Virus record (IMG/VR): IMGVR_UViG_3300049050_000056
Coordinates: 1-25,379 of that record
DNA from: a virus
Taxonomy: Duplodnaviria > Caudoviricetes
Direction: 5' to 3' (one strand)
Length of the DNA: 25,379 bases
In this document: one piece after another, positions 15,151 through 23,864 of the stretch
Position numbering within the stretch: position 1 is the stretch's first letter
How the letters are laid out: each line of letters begins with the position of its first letter
Notes under the pieces: generated by a model
Database searches by the model: none
What the model was told of the DNA's origin: nothing
What the model saw: only the letters and a program-made list of their open reading frames with translations
Translations under genes and position numbers: made by a program

Positions 15151-15647
15151 TGTCTGATATTAAAACTCTACTGAAACAATACGAAGAAATTAATGCTGAG
15201 CTTAATAAACAAATCAGTGAGAACGGTAAACAATTTCTTGAGAGTGTTTTTCAAGAGATTTTTGATGAAAATGAAGGTCTAAAGCTGATTTACATTCGTG
15301 GGTGGACTCCAGGCTTCAATGATGGAGAGCCTTGCACTCACAGTCAAGAAAGTTTTGTTGGTTACTCACAAAATTACTATTCACATTATCGTCAGAGTAA
15401 TGTGACCTCATATGATTTTGATGACTATGAGCTTTACGAAGAATTTGATGTTGAATTTGATGAAAATGATAACATAATTAGTCATGTAAATTCTGAGTGT
15501 AAAACTCTTGAGCGAGCTAAAGAACAAGTAAATGCTTACGAAGAACTTATTCAACGAGTATATGAGACTAACTTTGAAATTAAAGTCACTTTGGATGAAA
15601 ACGGTAAAGCTGTTGTAGATCATGATTGGTATGATTGTGGCTACTAA
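15150..15647 (+). CDS. conserved phage hypothetical protein
   Basis: GWTPGFNDGEPC motif; AGGAG RBS. Confidence 0.78.
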   Translation: MSDIKTLLKQYEEINAELNKQISENGKQFLESVFQEIFDENEGLKLIYIRGWTPGFNDGEPCTHSQESFVGYSQNYYSHYRQSNVTSYDFDDYELYEEFDVEFDENDNIISHVNSECKTLERAKEQVNAYEELIQRVYETNFEIKVTLDENGKAVVDHDWYDCGY

Positions 15648-16182
15648 ATTAAATCCATCGGATAGTTTGAAACTTGATCTTTGGGAAGGGGCTGTTAATA
15701 CAGCTTCTCTCCCTCTTCAGGAACTCAAATATTGTCCTTTAGCAAAAGCTTATTCTCAAATTCCAGACGAAGTTGCAAATATTTTAGACGAAATGGTTGA
15801 AATGTCATTTGACTATTCTTGGAAAACGATGAAGCCTTTTGTTGACTATAAAGTCAGGGATTTGAAAGAAGGAGATTGTGGCTGTGCTTTAGATTTCTGG
15901 CATTTGGATGTAACATCTAATCCTAATCATCCAACAAAACCGGATATTCACTATCTTTATGCAACAGATTTTGGAACAGAGTTTATTACAACTCCAATGG
16001 ATGTTTTTGAAAGTGATGTTCACTTTAATGATGTGTTAGAAAGAAATAAAGATTTTGTGTATGTAGTAGCAAAACCAAATACGATTAGCAAATATACAAG
16101 GTTCAATCTACACAGAGGACCAATAGTGACTAAAGATTGTCGTAGAATGCTACTTAGACTTACATTGACGGAGGTTATCTGA
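15622..16182 (+). CDS. putative Fe(II)/2-oxoglutarate dioxygenase-fold protein (start uncertain)
   Basis: WHLD...LHRGP...R..LRLT matches the HxD...H...R arrangement. Confidence 0.58.
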   Translation: MIGMIVATKLNPSDSLKLDLWEGAVNTASLPLQELKYCPLAKAYSQIPDEVANILDEMVEMSFDYSWKTMKPFVDYKVRDLKEGDCGCALDFWHLDVTSNPNHPTKPDIHYLYATDFGTEFITTPMDVFESDVHFNDVLERNKDFVYVVAKPNTISKYTRFNLHRGPIVTKDCRRMLLRLTLTEVI

Positions 16183-16487
16183 TGGGTATTGATATTAAAG
16201 ATAAGTTGATGGTGGGAGCTGATATGACTGATCTTGATGAATTTTTCACAAAGCTAATCGAGGATGAAAATGAGGATTACAACGATAGGACTGAAATTAT
16301 TGAAGCTTACTTTGATTACATGAGTCCTTACTATGATTCTGACCCTGATGATTGGTTTGTTGGTTTTCATATAATGAATGGAGTCCCTCTTAAAGAGTTG
16401 GTTGAAAACGTTAAAGAAGCTTCAGAGAAGTTTGAGAAAATTACAGGTATCACTCCTGTGGTGAAAGGAGGTGCACATGTATTTTAA
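16182..16487 (+). CDS. acidic hypothetical protein
   Basis: GGAGG RBS, TGATG overlap; SPYYDSD motif. Confidence 0.78.
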   Translation: MGIDIKDKLMVGADMTDLDEFFTKLIEDENEDYNDRTEIIEAYFDYMSPYYDSDPDDWFVGFHIMNGVPLKELVENVKEASEKFEKITGITPVVKGGAHVF

Positions 16488-16602
16488 TGATACAGAAACA
16501 AAAGATGACATTATCGAATGGTATGAAGGATTGATTGATTTTCTGCAAGATCATGTCCCTTGTCTTGATGATTTGATTCAGCTTTATGAAGATGAACAAT
16601 GA
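16477..16602 (+). CDS. small acidic protein, 41 aa (MYFNDTETKDDIIEWYEGLIDFLQDHVPCLDDLIQLYEDEQ)
   Basis: Hand translation; AAGGAGGT RBS; below the track cutoff. Confidence 0.7.
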   Translation: MYFNDTETKDDIIEWYEGLIDFLQDHVPCLDDLIQLYEDEQ

Positions 16603-16718
16603 ATAAACCAATTGCAATCATTGACGGAGTAGAAAAACACTGTCGTAAAGCAGCGGGGCTTTCTTATAAGGAAAATGATATTGAAGAGTACAGACAGATC
16701 AAGACCAGTTGTAGATGA
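16599..16718 (+). pseudogene. stub of the original exonuclease 5' end (MNKPIAIIDG, then unrelated sequence)
   Basis: First 10 codons match MKKPIAVLDG at 17172 (7/10 identical); ATGA-coupled to the upstream gene; GACGGAG shared at both junctions. Confidence 0.8.
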
Positions 16719-17202
16719 TAAAGTTGAATGTAAGATGTGCGGGGAATGGAAGGTTCTGGAAGACTACCCAAAAAATAAGAACTCTTTCCTGGGTATTTAT
16801 TCATATTGCTCATTGTGTGCTAATGAAAGGGCTAGAAACAATCACAAAAAGATTCGAGCCAAAGATTCAGAGGGATGGCAAGAGCACAGAAGAAAGTATC
16901 GAAACAGGTACTATAAAAATACCTACGGTATAACCCTAGAAAGTTTTGAAGCGATGTTTCAATCCCAGGGTTGTAAATGCGCAATATGTTTATGCGAGTT
17001 AGACATTGATTCAGACTCAAAGAAGGCCCATCTTGACCACAACCACAAAACCGGGGAAATCAGAGAAATACTTTGTGTACGTTGCAACAAAGGAATAGGT
17101 TATCTACAAGAGAATGTTGAAATTATGAAATCTGCAATCTCGTATTTACAGAAGCACACCAAGGAGGTAGAATGAAAAAGCCGATTGCGGTGCTGGACGG
17201 AG
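16630..17202 (+). mobile_element. putative homing cassette: EndoVII-like gene plus new RBS and re-coded exonuclease 5' end
   Basis: Removing this interval, bounded by GACGGAG copies (16623-16629, 17196-17202), gives one continuous exonuclease frame MNKPIAIIDGDLLAFK. Confidence 0.7.
16675..17175 (+). CDS. endonuclease VII-family (His-Me finger) free-standing endonuclease
   Basis: N-terminal CxxC...CxxC; YGIT...QGCKCAIC...HLDHNHKTGEIREILCVRCNKGIG. Confidence 0.88.
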   Translation: MILKSTDRSRPVVDDKVECKMCGEWKVLEDYPKNKNSFLGIYSYCSLCANERARNNHKKIRAKDSEGWQEHRRKYRNRYYKNTYGITLESFEAMFQSQGCKCAICLCELDIDSDSKKAHLDHNHKTGEIREILCVRCNKGIGYLQENVEIMKSAISYLQKHTKEVE

Positions 17203-18128
17203 ACCTCCTAGCTTTTAAATCTTCTGCTGTGTGCGAACAACGATCAATTGAAGTGACGCACATTCCAAGTAATAGGAAGAAAGTGTTCAAGACACGTCGT
17301 GAAATGAAAAGCTTCGTTGACCTCGATAAGTTTCCAATTGAAGATTTCCTGATTAAAGATGTTCAAACACCAGAGGATGTATCATTTGCTCTTCATACAG
17401 CAAAACAGATGATTAAAAAGATTTGCGATGCTTGTGAAACAAATCAATATGAAATCTATCTTTCTGGTCCTAATAACTTCCGTGATAAGCTACCTCTTCC
17501 TCAACGTTACAAGGGAAATAGAGAGGGGTTGATGAGACCGCTTCTGCTTAGTGAAGTAAAAGAATATCTCATTAAATATCACAAAGCTGAAGTTGTTCAA
17601 GGAGAAGCAGACGATAAACTTTCTATTAGACAATGGGAAGGATACAAAACAAAACAGAAAATCATTGGATGCTCTACAGATAAAGACAGCCTCGGAACAT
17701 TTGGGTGGGTGTTTAACTGGGATAAAATGCAAGAGCCAATGTTTATTGAAGGTCTTGGCGAACTTTATCTAGACGAGAAAGGAAAGATTAGAGGGTACGG
17801 GAACAAGTGGAAATATGTTCAATGGACTCTTGGTGATACAGCAGATGGACTAAACCCTACATATCTTTGTGGAGCAAGATTTGGTGAGAAAACAGCTTAC
17901 AAATTATTCTCAAATCTTAAAACAGAAAAAGAATGCTGGAAAGCTGTTCACGATCTTTATCTGAAGTGGTATCCTCAGTCTATTGAGTACATTGACCAGA
18001 ATGGTGCTAAAAATTGTGCTGATTATCTGAACATTGCTCAAATATATTGGGATGGGATTCACATGATGCGATGGGAAGGTGATAAAGTGGATATTCGACA
18101 AGTGATGAAAAACATGGAGATTATTTGA
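17172..18128 (+). CDS. 5'-3' exonuclease (FEN/T7 gp6/T5 D15-like)
   Basis: DGD, NFR, YKGNR, EADD, DKD and GDTADG acidic motifs; AAGGAGG RBS. Confidence 0.9.
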   Translation: MKKPIAVLDGDLLAFKSSAVCEQRSIEVTHIPSNRKKVFKTRREMKSFVDLDKFPIEDFLIKDVQTPEDVSFALHTAKQMIKKICDACETNQYEIYLSGPNNFRDKLPLPQRYKGNREGLMRPLLLSEVKEYLIKYHKAEVVQGEADDKLSIRQWEGYKTKQKIIGCSTDKDSLGTFGWVFNWDKMQEPMFIEGLGELYLDEKGKIRGYGNKWKYVQWTLGDTADGLNPTYLCGARFGEKTAYKLFSNLKTEKECWKAVHDLYLKWYPQSIEYIDQNGAKNCADYLNIAQIYWDGIHMMRWEGDKVDIRQVMKNMEII

Positions 18129-18391
18129 TGACTGACATTTACAAGCTTTTTGAAGATGAAATCTGGATGCCTGATGACTTCACAAATTCTATTTGGTATG
18201 ATAATGGTGAAGAATTGTCTTGGAATACAGAAAACAATATTGAAGATTTGGAAAATGGAGATGGAGCTACATATTGTGGTGAAGTAATTGTAGATGTAGT
18301 TAAAGGTGATTATGCTCTGTATGTTTTGAACGACGGCTGTGGTAATAAATACCAAGCAATTTTTGATCTGCGAAACAAAAAGGAGTTTTAA
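18125..18391 (+). CDS. acidic hypothetical protein
   Basis: GGAG RBS; overlap with the exonuclease stop. Confidence 0.75.
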   Translation: MMTDIYKLFEDEIWMPDDFTNSIWYDNGEELSWNTENNIEDLENGDGATYCGEVIVDVVKGDYALYVLNDGCGNKYQAIFDLRNKKEF

Positions 18392-18392
18392 T

Positions 18393-18449
18393 ATGAAAAA
18401 GATTACAGAAGAACAACTAAAAGAGTATGTTACAGAAGTTGGTGATTAA
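18393..18449 (+). pseudogene. 18-codon ORF (MKKITEEQLKEYVTEVGD), possible truncated 5' stub
   Basis: AAGGAG RBS; stop overlaps the HEG start (TAATG). Confidence 0.45.
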
Positions 18450-19060
18450 TGAAAGTAAGATTGTTATTCGGGGTAGGGATCAATGACGCTGGCTATGTTG
18501 TCAGAATTACTGAGGATGTGGGAAATGAGGGTGGTAAAAGAATCAGAAAAAAGATATGGGAGTGTCCTTTCTATTCTAGATGGAGAAACATGCTTTTAAG
18601 ATGCTATTCAGAAAAATACCAGAAAATAACACCTACCTATAAAGAATGTTTTGTTTGTGATGAGTGGTTGAGGTTTAGTAATTTCAAAAGTTGGATGGAA
18701 AAACAGGATTGGCAAGGTAAAGAGTTAGACAAAGATTTACTATACAAAGGCAATAAAATATACAGCCCAAAGACGTGCGTCTTTATTGACAGGATACTGA
18801 ATTCTTTTGTGGTAGAGAGGGATGCAAGTCGAGGTAAATATCCTATAGGTGTTTACTGGAATGAAAACCATAAAAAATACATAGCCCGTTGTCAAAATCC
18901 TTTTAGTAAAAAATATGAGTATTTAGGTCGTTTTGATAATCCACAGGAGGCACACCATGCGTGGTTAAATAAGAAAAAAGAATTGGCGGAATTGTTAGCC
19001 GAACAACAAACTGATAGTAGAATTGCGCTTGCTCTGAGGAAACGTTATGATAATTACTAA
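18449..19060 (+). CDS. free-standing HNH-like endonuclease with AP2-like C-terminal domain
   Basis: GVGIND, YSRWRNMLLRCY, VCDEWLRFSNFKSW, LDKDLL..GNKIYSPKTCVF, YLGRF...EAH.AW. Confidence 0.8.
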   Translation: MKVRLLFGVGINDAGYVVRITEDVGNEGGKRIRKKIWECPFYSRWRNMLLRCYSEKYQKITPTYKECFVCDEWLRFSNFKSWMEKQDWQGKELDKDLLYKGNKIYSPKTCVFIDRILNSFVVERDASRGKYPIGVYWNENHKKYIARCQNPFSKKYEYLGRFDNPQEAHHAWLNKKKELAELLAEQQTDSRIALALRKRYDNY

Positions 19061-19577
19061 AAAACAACCCTGGGATGACGTACCTCATGTTTGGAAAGAT
19101 GAAAAAGCCTATTTTAATTGGCTAAGAAGCTCAATTAGACGTGTTTGGACAAGACACCCCATCAAGATAGCCTATAAACAATCTCGTCGATATAAGGCTC
19201 CTGTAGGTCGTAATAACAAAGATGTTTGGGTGAGTGATTGCGAAATGTGTGGAAAGCAATCAAGGGATTGCGAGGTCGATCATTTGGACGGTGGTTATGG
19301 TTTTAAAGACTGGCAATCTTTCACTGAATGGAGTAAAATGATTCTTTGGGTGACATTTGATGATCTGAGAGAATTGTGTAAAGATTGTCACGCCAGTGTT
19401 ACATTATCTCAGAAATTAGGAATTCCTCTAGAAGATGCTTTTATTGAAAAGCAAGTGATTGAAATCTGTAAATCAAAGAAAGACAGAGCATTCATTAAAG
19501 AGAATAATGAAATTCCAAAATCAAATGCAGCACAGAGACGAGAGCAAGTGAGAGAGATTTTAAGGAGAAGTAAATGA
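19047..19577 (+). CDS. HNH-type endonuclease, probably a resident replication/recombination nuclease
   Basis: WLRSSIRRVW, CEMC, EVDH, LCKDCH; GAGG RBS lies within the upstream HEG. Confidence 0.75.
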   Translation: MIITKKQPWDDVPHVWKDEKAYFNWLRSSIRRVWTRHPIKIAYKQSRRYKAPVGRNNKDVWVSDCEMCGKQSRDCEVDHLDGGYGFKDWQSFTEWSKMILWVTFDDLRELCKDCHASVTLSQKLGIPLEDAFIEKQVIEICKSKKDRAFIKENNEIPKSNAAQRREQVREILRRSK

Positions 19578-19831
19578 GTTTTGCAAAGATTTATGAAAGT
19601 GATAAAGTTGGTCAGATTCTTCTTAAACATGATGTAGCCTCAGAAGACGAATACGAATCTGAGATTCGTGTGTATTTTCAACCAGAGGGACAAGGTGTTT
19701 GTAGCATTGCTCGGGCTTTTGATTCTTGGGAGAAATCTGAAAAAGCCTGGGAGGATATGAGAAATACGCAAGCTAAGATTGAAGAAATTGAAAATATTGT
19801 TGTTCAACTAATTGACGAGTACTGCGAATGA
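19574..19831 (+). CDS. hypothetical protein (may start at ATG just after the upstream stop)
   Basis: TAAGGAG RBS; FAKIYE...GQIL pattern. Confidence 0.75.
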   Translation: MSFAKIYESDKVGQILLKHDVASEDEYESEIRVYFQPEGQGVCSIARAFDSWEKSEKAWEDMRNTQAKIEEIENIVVQLIDEYCE

Positions 19832-20271
19832 AAACTGAAGAAGCATATACAGAGCTTTCTGTTCAATTAGCTCGTATTGAAGCTAAAATAGATAAAATTT
19901 TATCTGAACTTGAATATGAACAGGTTGTAGAATATCAGGAAATTGCAATTCCAAGAAAAAGTAAACAAAGTCCAGATTATTTGCAAAAAGAATTTTTAGA
20001 AAAAGCAGCACAAGATGTTATGGTCAGCCTACAAAAGAAAATTGATAAACAAAAGTGTATATTTGACAGCATTCCGTTAGAAGATAGAAATAAACCCATG
20101 GGTATTTGTTGCCCTTGTTCTAAATGTCGTGCAACATCACTGGCTTCTGCTTTTAATAATGGTTTGGGTCTTGAAGATGCTTTTAATAATCCAAATGCAC
20201 CGAAATCAATCGTAGATGCTGTAGATAATCCTTTACCTGTTTTTAACGCTCACATTACGGAGACTGTATGA
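19828..20271 (+). CDS. hypothetical protein with Cys cluster (CCPCSKC)
   Basis: 147-aa ORF, ATGA overlap. Confidence 0.7.
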   Translation: MKTEEAYTELSVQLARIEAKIDKILSELEYEQVVEYQEIAIPRKSKQSPDYLQKEFLEKAAQDVMVSLQKKIDKQKCIFDSIPLEDRNKPMGICCPCSKCRATSLASAFNNGLGLEDAFNNPNAPKSIVDAVDNPLPVFNAHITETV

Positions 20272-20334
20272 ATAATTATTTTTATTGTAAAATGATTGAG
20301 TTTTGTGTGTTCTCTCTTGTCTGGATGAATCAGA

Positions 20335-20559
20335 TTGTCTAATTATCCTAATAATGTTGTAGAGCTATTTAAAAAGAAAACAGAAGAAAAGCAAGAGAAT
20401 GTTCTTTTTGATTGGAAACGTCATGTTGAACTAACAAGGCAAGTGCAGAATGGGTTTTACACATTAAATGCCCATCAAAAACAAATTGCTTATGATACAA
20501 TCGCAGAACATTACATCACTCTTCTTGAATGTATTTTTGATAATGATTTGGAGTATTAA
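20335..20559 (+). CDS. hypothetical protein
   Basis: 74-aa ORF with NVVELF start motif; TTG start with weak RBS. Confidence 0.6.
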   Translation: MSNYPNNVVELFKKKTEEKQENVLFDWKRHVELTRQVQNGFYTLNAHQKQIAYDTIAEHYITLLECIFDNDLEY

Positions 20560-20760
20560 ATGGAAGAAAAACGTTGGTGTTTTGTACGAGATGATGATGG
20601 GCATTGGTATTTGATTCCTTTGGAAGATCAAGAAGAATTTTACAATGATTTAGAAAAGGGAGAAGAAGATTATTGGTGTGATTTTAATAATAAATGGGAA
20701 GGATACAGAGAAACCTCCCCAGCGGCATTCAGTTTTTCAAACCCACATTATGAATGGTAA
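20560..20760 (+). CDS. hypothetical protein
   Basis: GGAG RBS; DDDGHWYLIP motif. Confidence 0.75.
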   Translation: MEEKRWCFVRDDDGHWYLIPLEDQEEFYNDLEKGEEDYWCDFNNKWEGYRETSPAAFSFSNPHYEW

Positions 20761-20766
20761 GGAGTA

Positions 20767-21543
20767 TTGATGAGCGGTAAACGTCATTTAATTGTAGCAG
20801 ACACGCAATGTAAACCAAATCATGACATGAGTTACATGAAAGCAATTGGTAAATATATTGTTGATAAACGTCCAGACGTTATTATTCATATTGGGGATCA
20901 TTATGATTTCGAGTCTCTGAGTAGCTACGATAAAGGTAAAAAGTCTTTTGAAGGTAGACGCTTGATTGCAGATATTGAAGCTGGCAACAAAGGTATGGAA
21001 CTTCTCCTTGAACCGATTAAAAATCTTCAGCAGCAACAACGTCGTTTTAGAAAGAAAGTATATTCTCCACGAATGGTTTTTTGTACTGGAAACCATGAGC
21101 ATCGTTTTGATAGACTAGCTAATGACATGCCAGAGCTTAGCGGTTTTGTTGGCACGGAAACATTAAATCTTGAACAATACGGGTGGGAAGTTGCCCCTTT
21201 TCTTAAACCTGTGGAAATCGATGGTATTTTCTATGTTCACTATCTCGCAAACCCTTTCAGCGGTAAACCCTACGGGGGAAATGCTTTAAGTCAACTAAAA
21301 ACTGTAGGTCGTTCTTTTGTGGTGGGGCATAAACAATTACTTGATATGGCTATTCATCCAACTCTTGACGGTAAAATGCAGATTGGTATTATCAATGGGG
21401 CTTGTTATCCTTTCGATGAGGATTATAAGGGTTACCAGGGAAATAATCATTTCAGGGGTATTATGGTGTTAAATGAAGTAGAAGATGGTTTTGGACTTCC
21501 CATGCCAGTATCTCTTGATTATTTAATGAGTAAATATCTTTAA
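20767..21543 (+). CDS. calcineurin-like metallophosphoesterase
   Basis: DxQ, GDHYD, GNHE, VH and GH motifs; TAAGGAG RBS. Confidence 0.88.
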   Translation: MMSGKRHLIVADTQCKPNHDMSYMKAIGKYIVDKRPDVIIHIGDHYDFESLSSYDKGKKSFEGRRLIADIEAGNKGMELLLEPIKNLQQQQRRFRKKVYSPRMVFCTGNHEHRFDRLANDMPELSGFVGTETLNLEQYGWEVAPFLKPVEIDGIFYVHYLANPFSGKPYGGNALSQLKTVGRSFVVGHKQLLDMAIHPTLDGKMQIGIINGACYPFDEDYKGYQGNNHFRGIMVLNEVEDGFGLPMPVSLDYLMSKYL

Positions 21544-21550
21544 ATATTGT

Positions 21551-21579
21551 TTGACAAGTATATGAATACATGCGATAAT
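21551..21579 (+). promoter_or_regulatory. sigma70-type promoter, extended -10
   Basis: TTGACA-N17-GATAAT with TGn. Confidence 0.75.
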
Positions 21580-21614
21580 ATTCTTACAAGCTAATTAATT
21601 TTAGGAGAAATAAT

Positions 21615-22259
21615 ATGAGTAATGAACGTTATTTTAGAATTGTTGGTCAGAATATTGATATTTGGGAGCACAGGTTTGAAATTGGAAATATTTATATTTT
21701 AAATACTGAAGATCGTAGTGATAGCACCTTCCATCTAACCAACCCTGTTGACCAAAAAAATTATTGGATTGAAGAACATGCTGTTCTTGAAGTATTTAAA
21801 CCTAAATCTCAGAAATTTGTAAAACTTTGTGAAGATGGTATTGGATTTAGGAAGCTAATTCCTGGCTACGCATACGAAGTGCTTTTTGAAGATGAAGGAG
21901 AATGGGGATATGTTTATCAAGTGAGAGAACTTCTTACGGATAACATTATCAATTGCAAAGTAAGTAAAAATCGGTTTGAAATGTTAAAAGGATACGACAT
22001 GCTTGCCAGTAAAGAAACAAAAGAAATTGTAGATATTGTTTCAGGTTCTGCTCTTGATAAACAAATCAGTGGAACACATTACAAAGGGTGTAAAATTCAA
22101 CCTATTGAGTATATTCATGCAAACAACTTGGATTATTTTCAAGGTAATGTTGTGAAGTATGTCACTCGCCATAAAGATAAAAACGCAGCTGCTGACATTA
22201 AAAAAGCTATTCATTATCTTGAACTGATTCTTGAATTGCAATATAAAGAAAAACCTTAA
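21615..22259 (+). CDS. protein with C-terminal DUF3310 (T7 gp1.7 nucleotide-kinase-like) domain
   Basis: QISGTHYK..IQPIEYI...GNVVKYVTR..K...DIKKAIHYL. Confidence 0.82.
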   Translation: MSNERYFRIVGQNIDIWEHRFEIGNIYILNTEDRSDSTFHLTNPVDQKNYWIEEHAVLEVFKPKSQKFVKLCEDGIGFRKLIPGYAYEVLFEDEGEWGYVYQVRELLTDNIINCKVSKNRFEMLKGYDMLASKETKEIVDIVSGSALDKQISGTHYKGCKIQPIEYIHANNLDYFQGNVVKYVTRHKDKNAAADIKKAIHYLELILELQYKEKP

Positions 22260-22275
22260 CAGGAGAATAATTAAA

Positions 22276-22815
22276 ATGAGAATCATCGGGGTGGATGTCG
22301 ATCTCACTGTCTGCCCGTCAGACAAAGGTTGGAGCAAGTGGCTTAAAGAGAGGTGTTCTGTTGAATACCCTCTAGGAGACTATGAATCGCCTCCTTATAA
22401 TCTTGGAACAAAATTTGCTGGTGTTGATGATCCCTATAACTATTGGAGAGAACTTGATTATTCGCAATTTCAACCAATTGAAGGTAGTGTGGAATGTCTT
22501 GAAGAATTATCTAACCATTTTCAAATTGTGTTCATTTCAAGAATCAAAGGGAATCACACGAAAAGTAAATATTATTGGTTGAAAGAACATTTCCCTTTTA
22601 TGTATGAATATGTTGCTTGTCATAAAAAACATGTGATGAATAAAGCTGTAGAATGCATGATTGACGATAGGCTTGATGTTCTGAAAGGGTTTGAACCTCA
22701 GAAAAGAGTGCTATATAATACCCCTTACACACAATCTGAGCAGTGCGCTGTAATGCATCGGTTCAGTGTGTGGGATGAAAGAATTGTAAAAGAAATCTGT
22801 GTTTATTATTGGTAA
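22276..22815 (+). CDS. HAD-family 5'(3')-deoxyribonucleotidase (start revised to ATG 22276)
   Basis: DVDLT motif I, K..WL..HFPF, MIDDR; AGGAG RBS. Confidence 0.85.
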   Translation: MRIIGVDVDLTVCPSDKGWSKWLKERCSVEYPLGDYESPPYNLGTKFAGVDDPYNYWRELDYSQFQPIEGSVECLEELSNHFQIVFISRIKGNHTKSKYYWLKEHFPFMYEYVACHKKHVMNKAVECMIDDRLDVLKGFEPQKRVLYNTPYTQSEQCAVMHRFSVWDERIVKEICVYYW

Positions 22816-22825
22816 GGAGAAAATA

Positions 22826-22996
22826 ATGAAATATTCAGAAGATGAAATTCAAAGTGTTTTGGAATTTTTAGAAGAAATGCGGGACGAACTGCTTGATCGA
22901 CATGAATACTCAGATAAGAGTGAAGATGATAAAATGACTGATGAGTGGGCAATGGAACTTGCAATTGAAATGATTGAAAATATCGGAAATAATTAA
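22826..22996 (+). CDS. small acidic protein (start revised to ATG 22826)
   Basis: TAAGGAG RBS. Confidence 0.7.
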   Translation: MKYSEDEIQSVLEFLEEMRDELLDRHEYSDKSEDDKMTDEWAMELAIEMIENIGNN

Positions 22997-23006
22997 GGAG
23001 ATTTAA

Positions 23007-23489
23007 TTGAAAGACTTGGTAAAATTCTACAAAGCAATTAATGATTGGAATACTAAAGCTGGCGTAAAAGATTGTGTTTATGACACACAAGAGTGGTGGC
23101 AAGCTGTTGCTCTTCAAGCTAAATTGCTGGTAGAAGAAGCTTCTGAAACTGTTGAAGCATCTGATTATGGTGACCCTGTTGAGCTAATCGATGGCGTTGT
23201 GGACACTTTTATCATTCTGTCTAAATTTATGGATATTCTGGATAAAGCAGGATTTGATGTTTCTGGAGCAATGCAAGCAATCATTGACAACAATGAAATG
23301 AAGGTATTTGACAGCTATTATCAATCTGTAGAAGAAAAAGAAAAACTAGAAAATCGAGACGATATGGAGTACATTATCGAAACTTCTATTTTGAATGGTC
23401 TTCCCTTCTACTCGGTCAAACGATTTGATGGCAAGATAGCAAAACCTGTGAATCATCCTAAAGTAGATTTGAGTGAATTTATCCCATAA
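23007..23489 (+). CDS. MazG-like NTP pyrophosphohydrolase
   Basis: LLVEEASE...ELIDGVVD, N.MK, R.DGKI.KP; TAAGGAG RBS, TTG start. Confidence 0.8.
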   Translation: MKDLVKFYKAINDWNTKAGVKDCVYDTQEWWQAVALQAKLLVEEASETVEASDYGDPVELIDGVVDTFIILSKFMDILDKAGFDVSGAMQAIIDNNEMKVFDSYYQSVEEKEKLENRDDMEYIIETSILNGLPFYSVKRFDGKIAKPVNHPKVDLSEFIP

Positions 23490-23491
23490 TC

Positions 23492-23656
23492 ATGAAATGG
23501 CAAGACTATATTAAAACAGAGAAAGACTACAAAGCTTTGAAAGAAAGTGGTATGATGTTTGAGTTTCATCCTGACATCCCGCTTTCCTGGGAAGAATGTC
23601 TAAAAGAACTACAGAAAGAAGAAGGAGAGAAAGAATATGTCAAATCGTACAATTAA
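23492..23656 (+). CDS. small hypothetical protein, 54 aa (MKWQDYIKTEKDYKALKESGMMFEFHPD...)
   Basis: Hand translation; fills the gap between MazG-like and glutaredoxin genes. Confidence 0.65.
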   Translation: MKWQDYIKTEKDYKALKESGMMFEFHPDIPLSWEECLKELQKEEGEKEYVKSYN

Positions 23657-23864
23657 AGTTGTAAGCAGCAGTTGGTGCAAACAATGCGGGGTGCTCAAAG
23701 ATATGCTCACCCGCAATGGAGTGATTTATCAAGTAATTGATGTTGATGAAAACATGGAATTTTGTGTGGAGAATAACATCAAATCTCTTCCAACTACTCT
23801 GATTTATGAAGAAGATGAAGTGAAGATTATTCGTGGTGTTGGTAAGCTGGAGGAATATGTGTAA
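23637..23864 (+). CDS. glutaredoxin/thioredoxin-like protein
   Basis: WCKQC, IDVDEN, IKSLPT; AAGGAG RBS. Confidence 0.85.
   Translation: MSNRTIKVVSSSWCKQCGVLKDMLTRNGVIYQVIDVDENMEFCVENNIKSLPTTLIYEEDEVKIIRGVGKLEEYV

Noticed and set aside
16623-17202. T4 gene 60-style ribosomal hop between matching GGA codons in the exonuclease
   Set aside because: No in-frame stop follows the first GGA, and the downstream gene has its own strong RBS and a complete N-terminus
20268-20342. 24-codon ORF MNNYFYCKMIEFCVFSLVWMNQIV
   Set aside because: Very short, no recognisable similarity and no adjacent HEG; it could be real (GGAG upstream, ATGA overlap) but is unsupported
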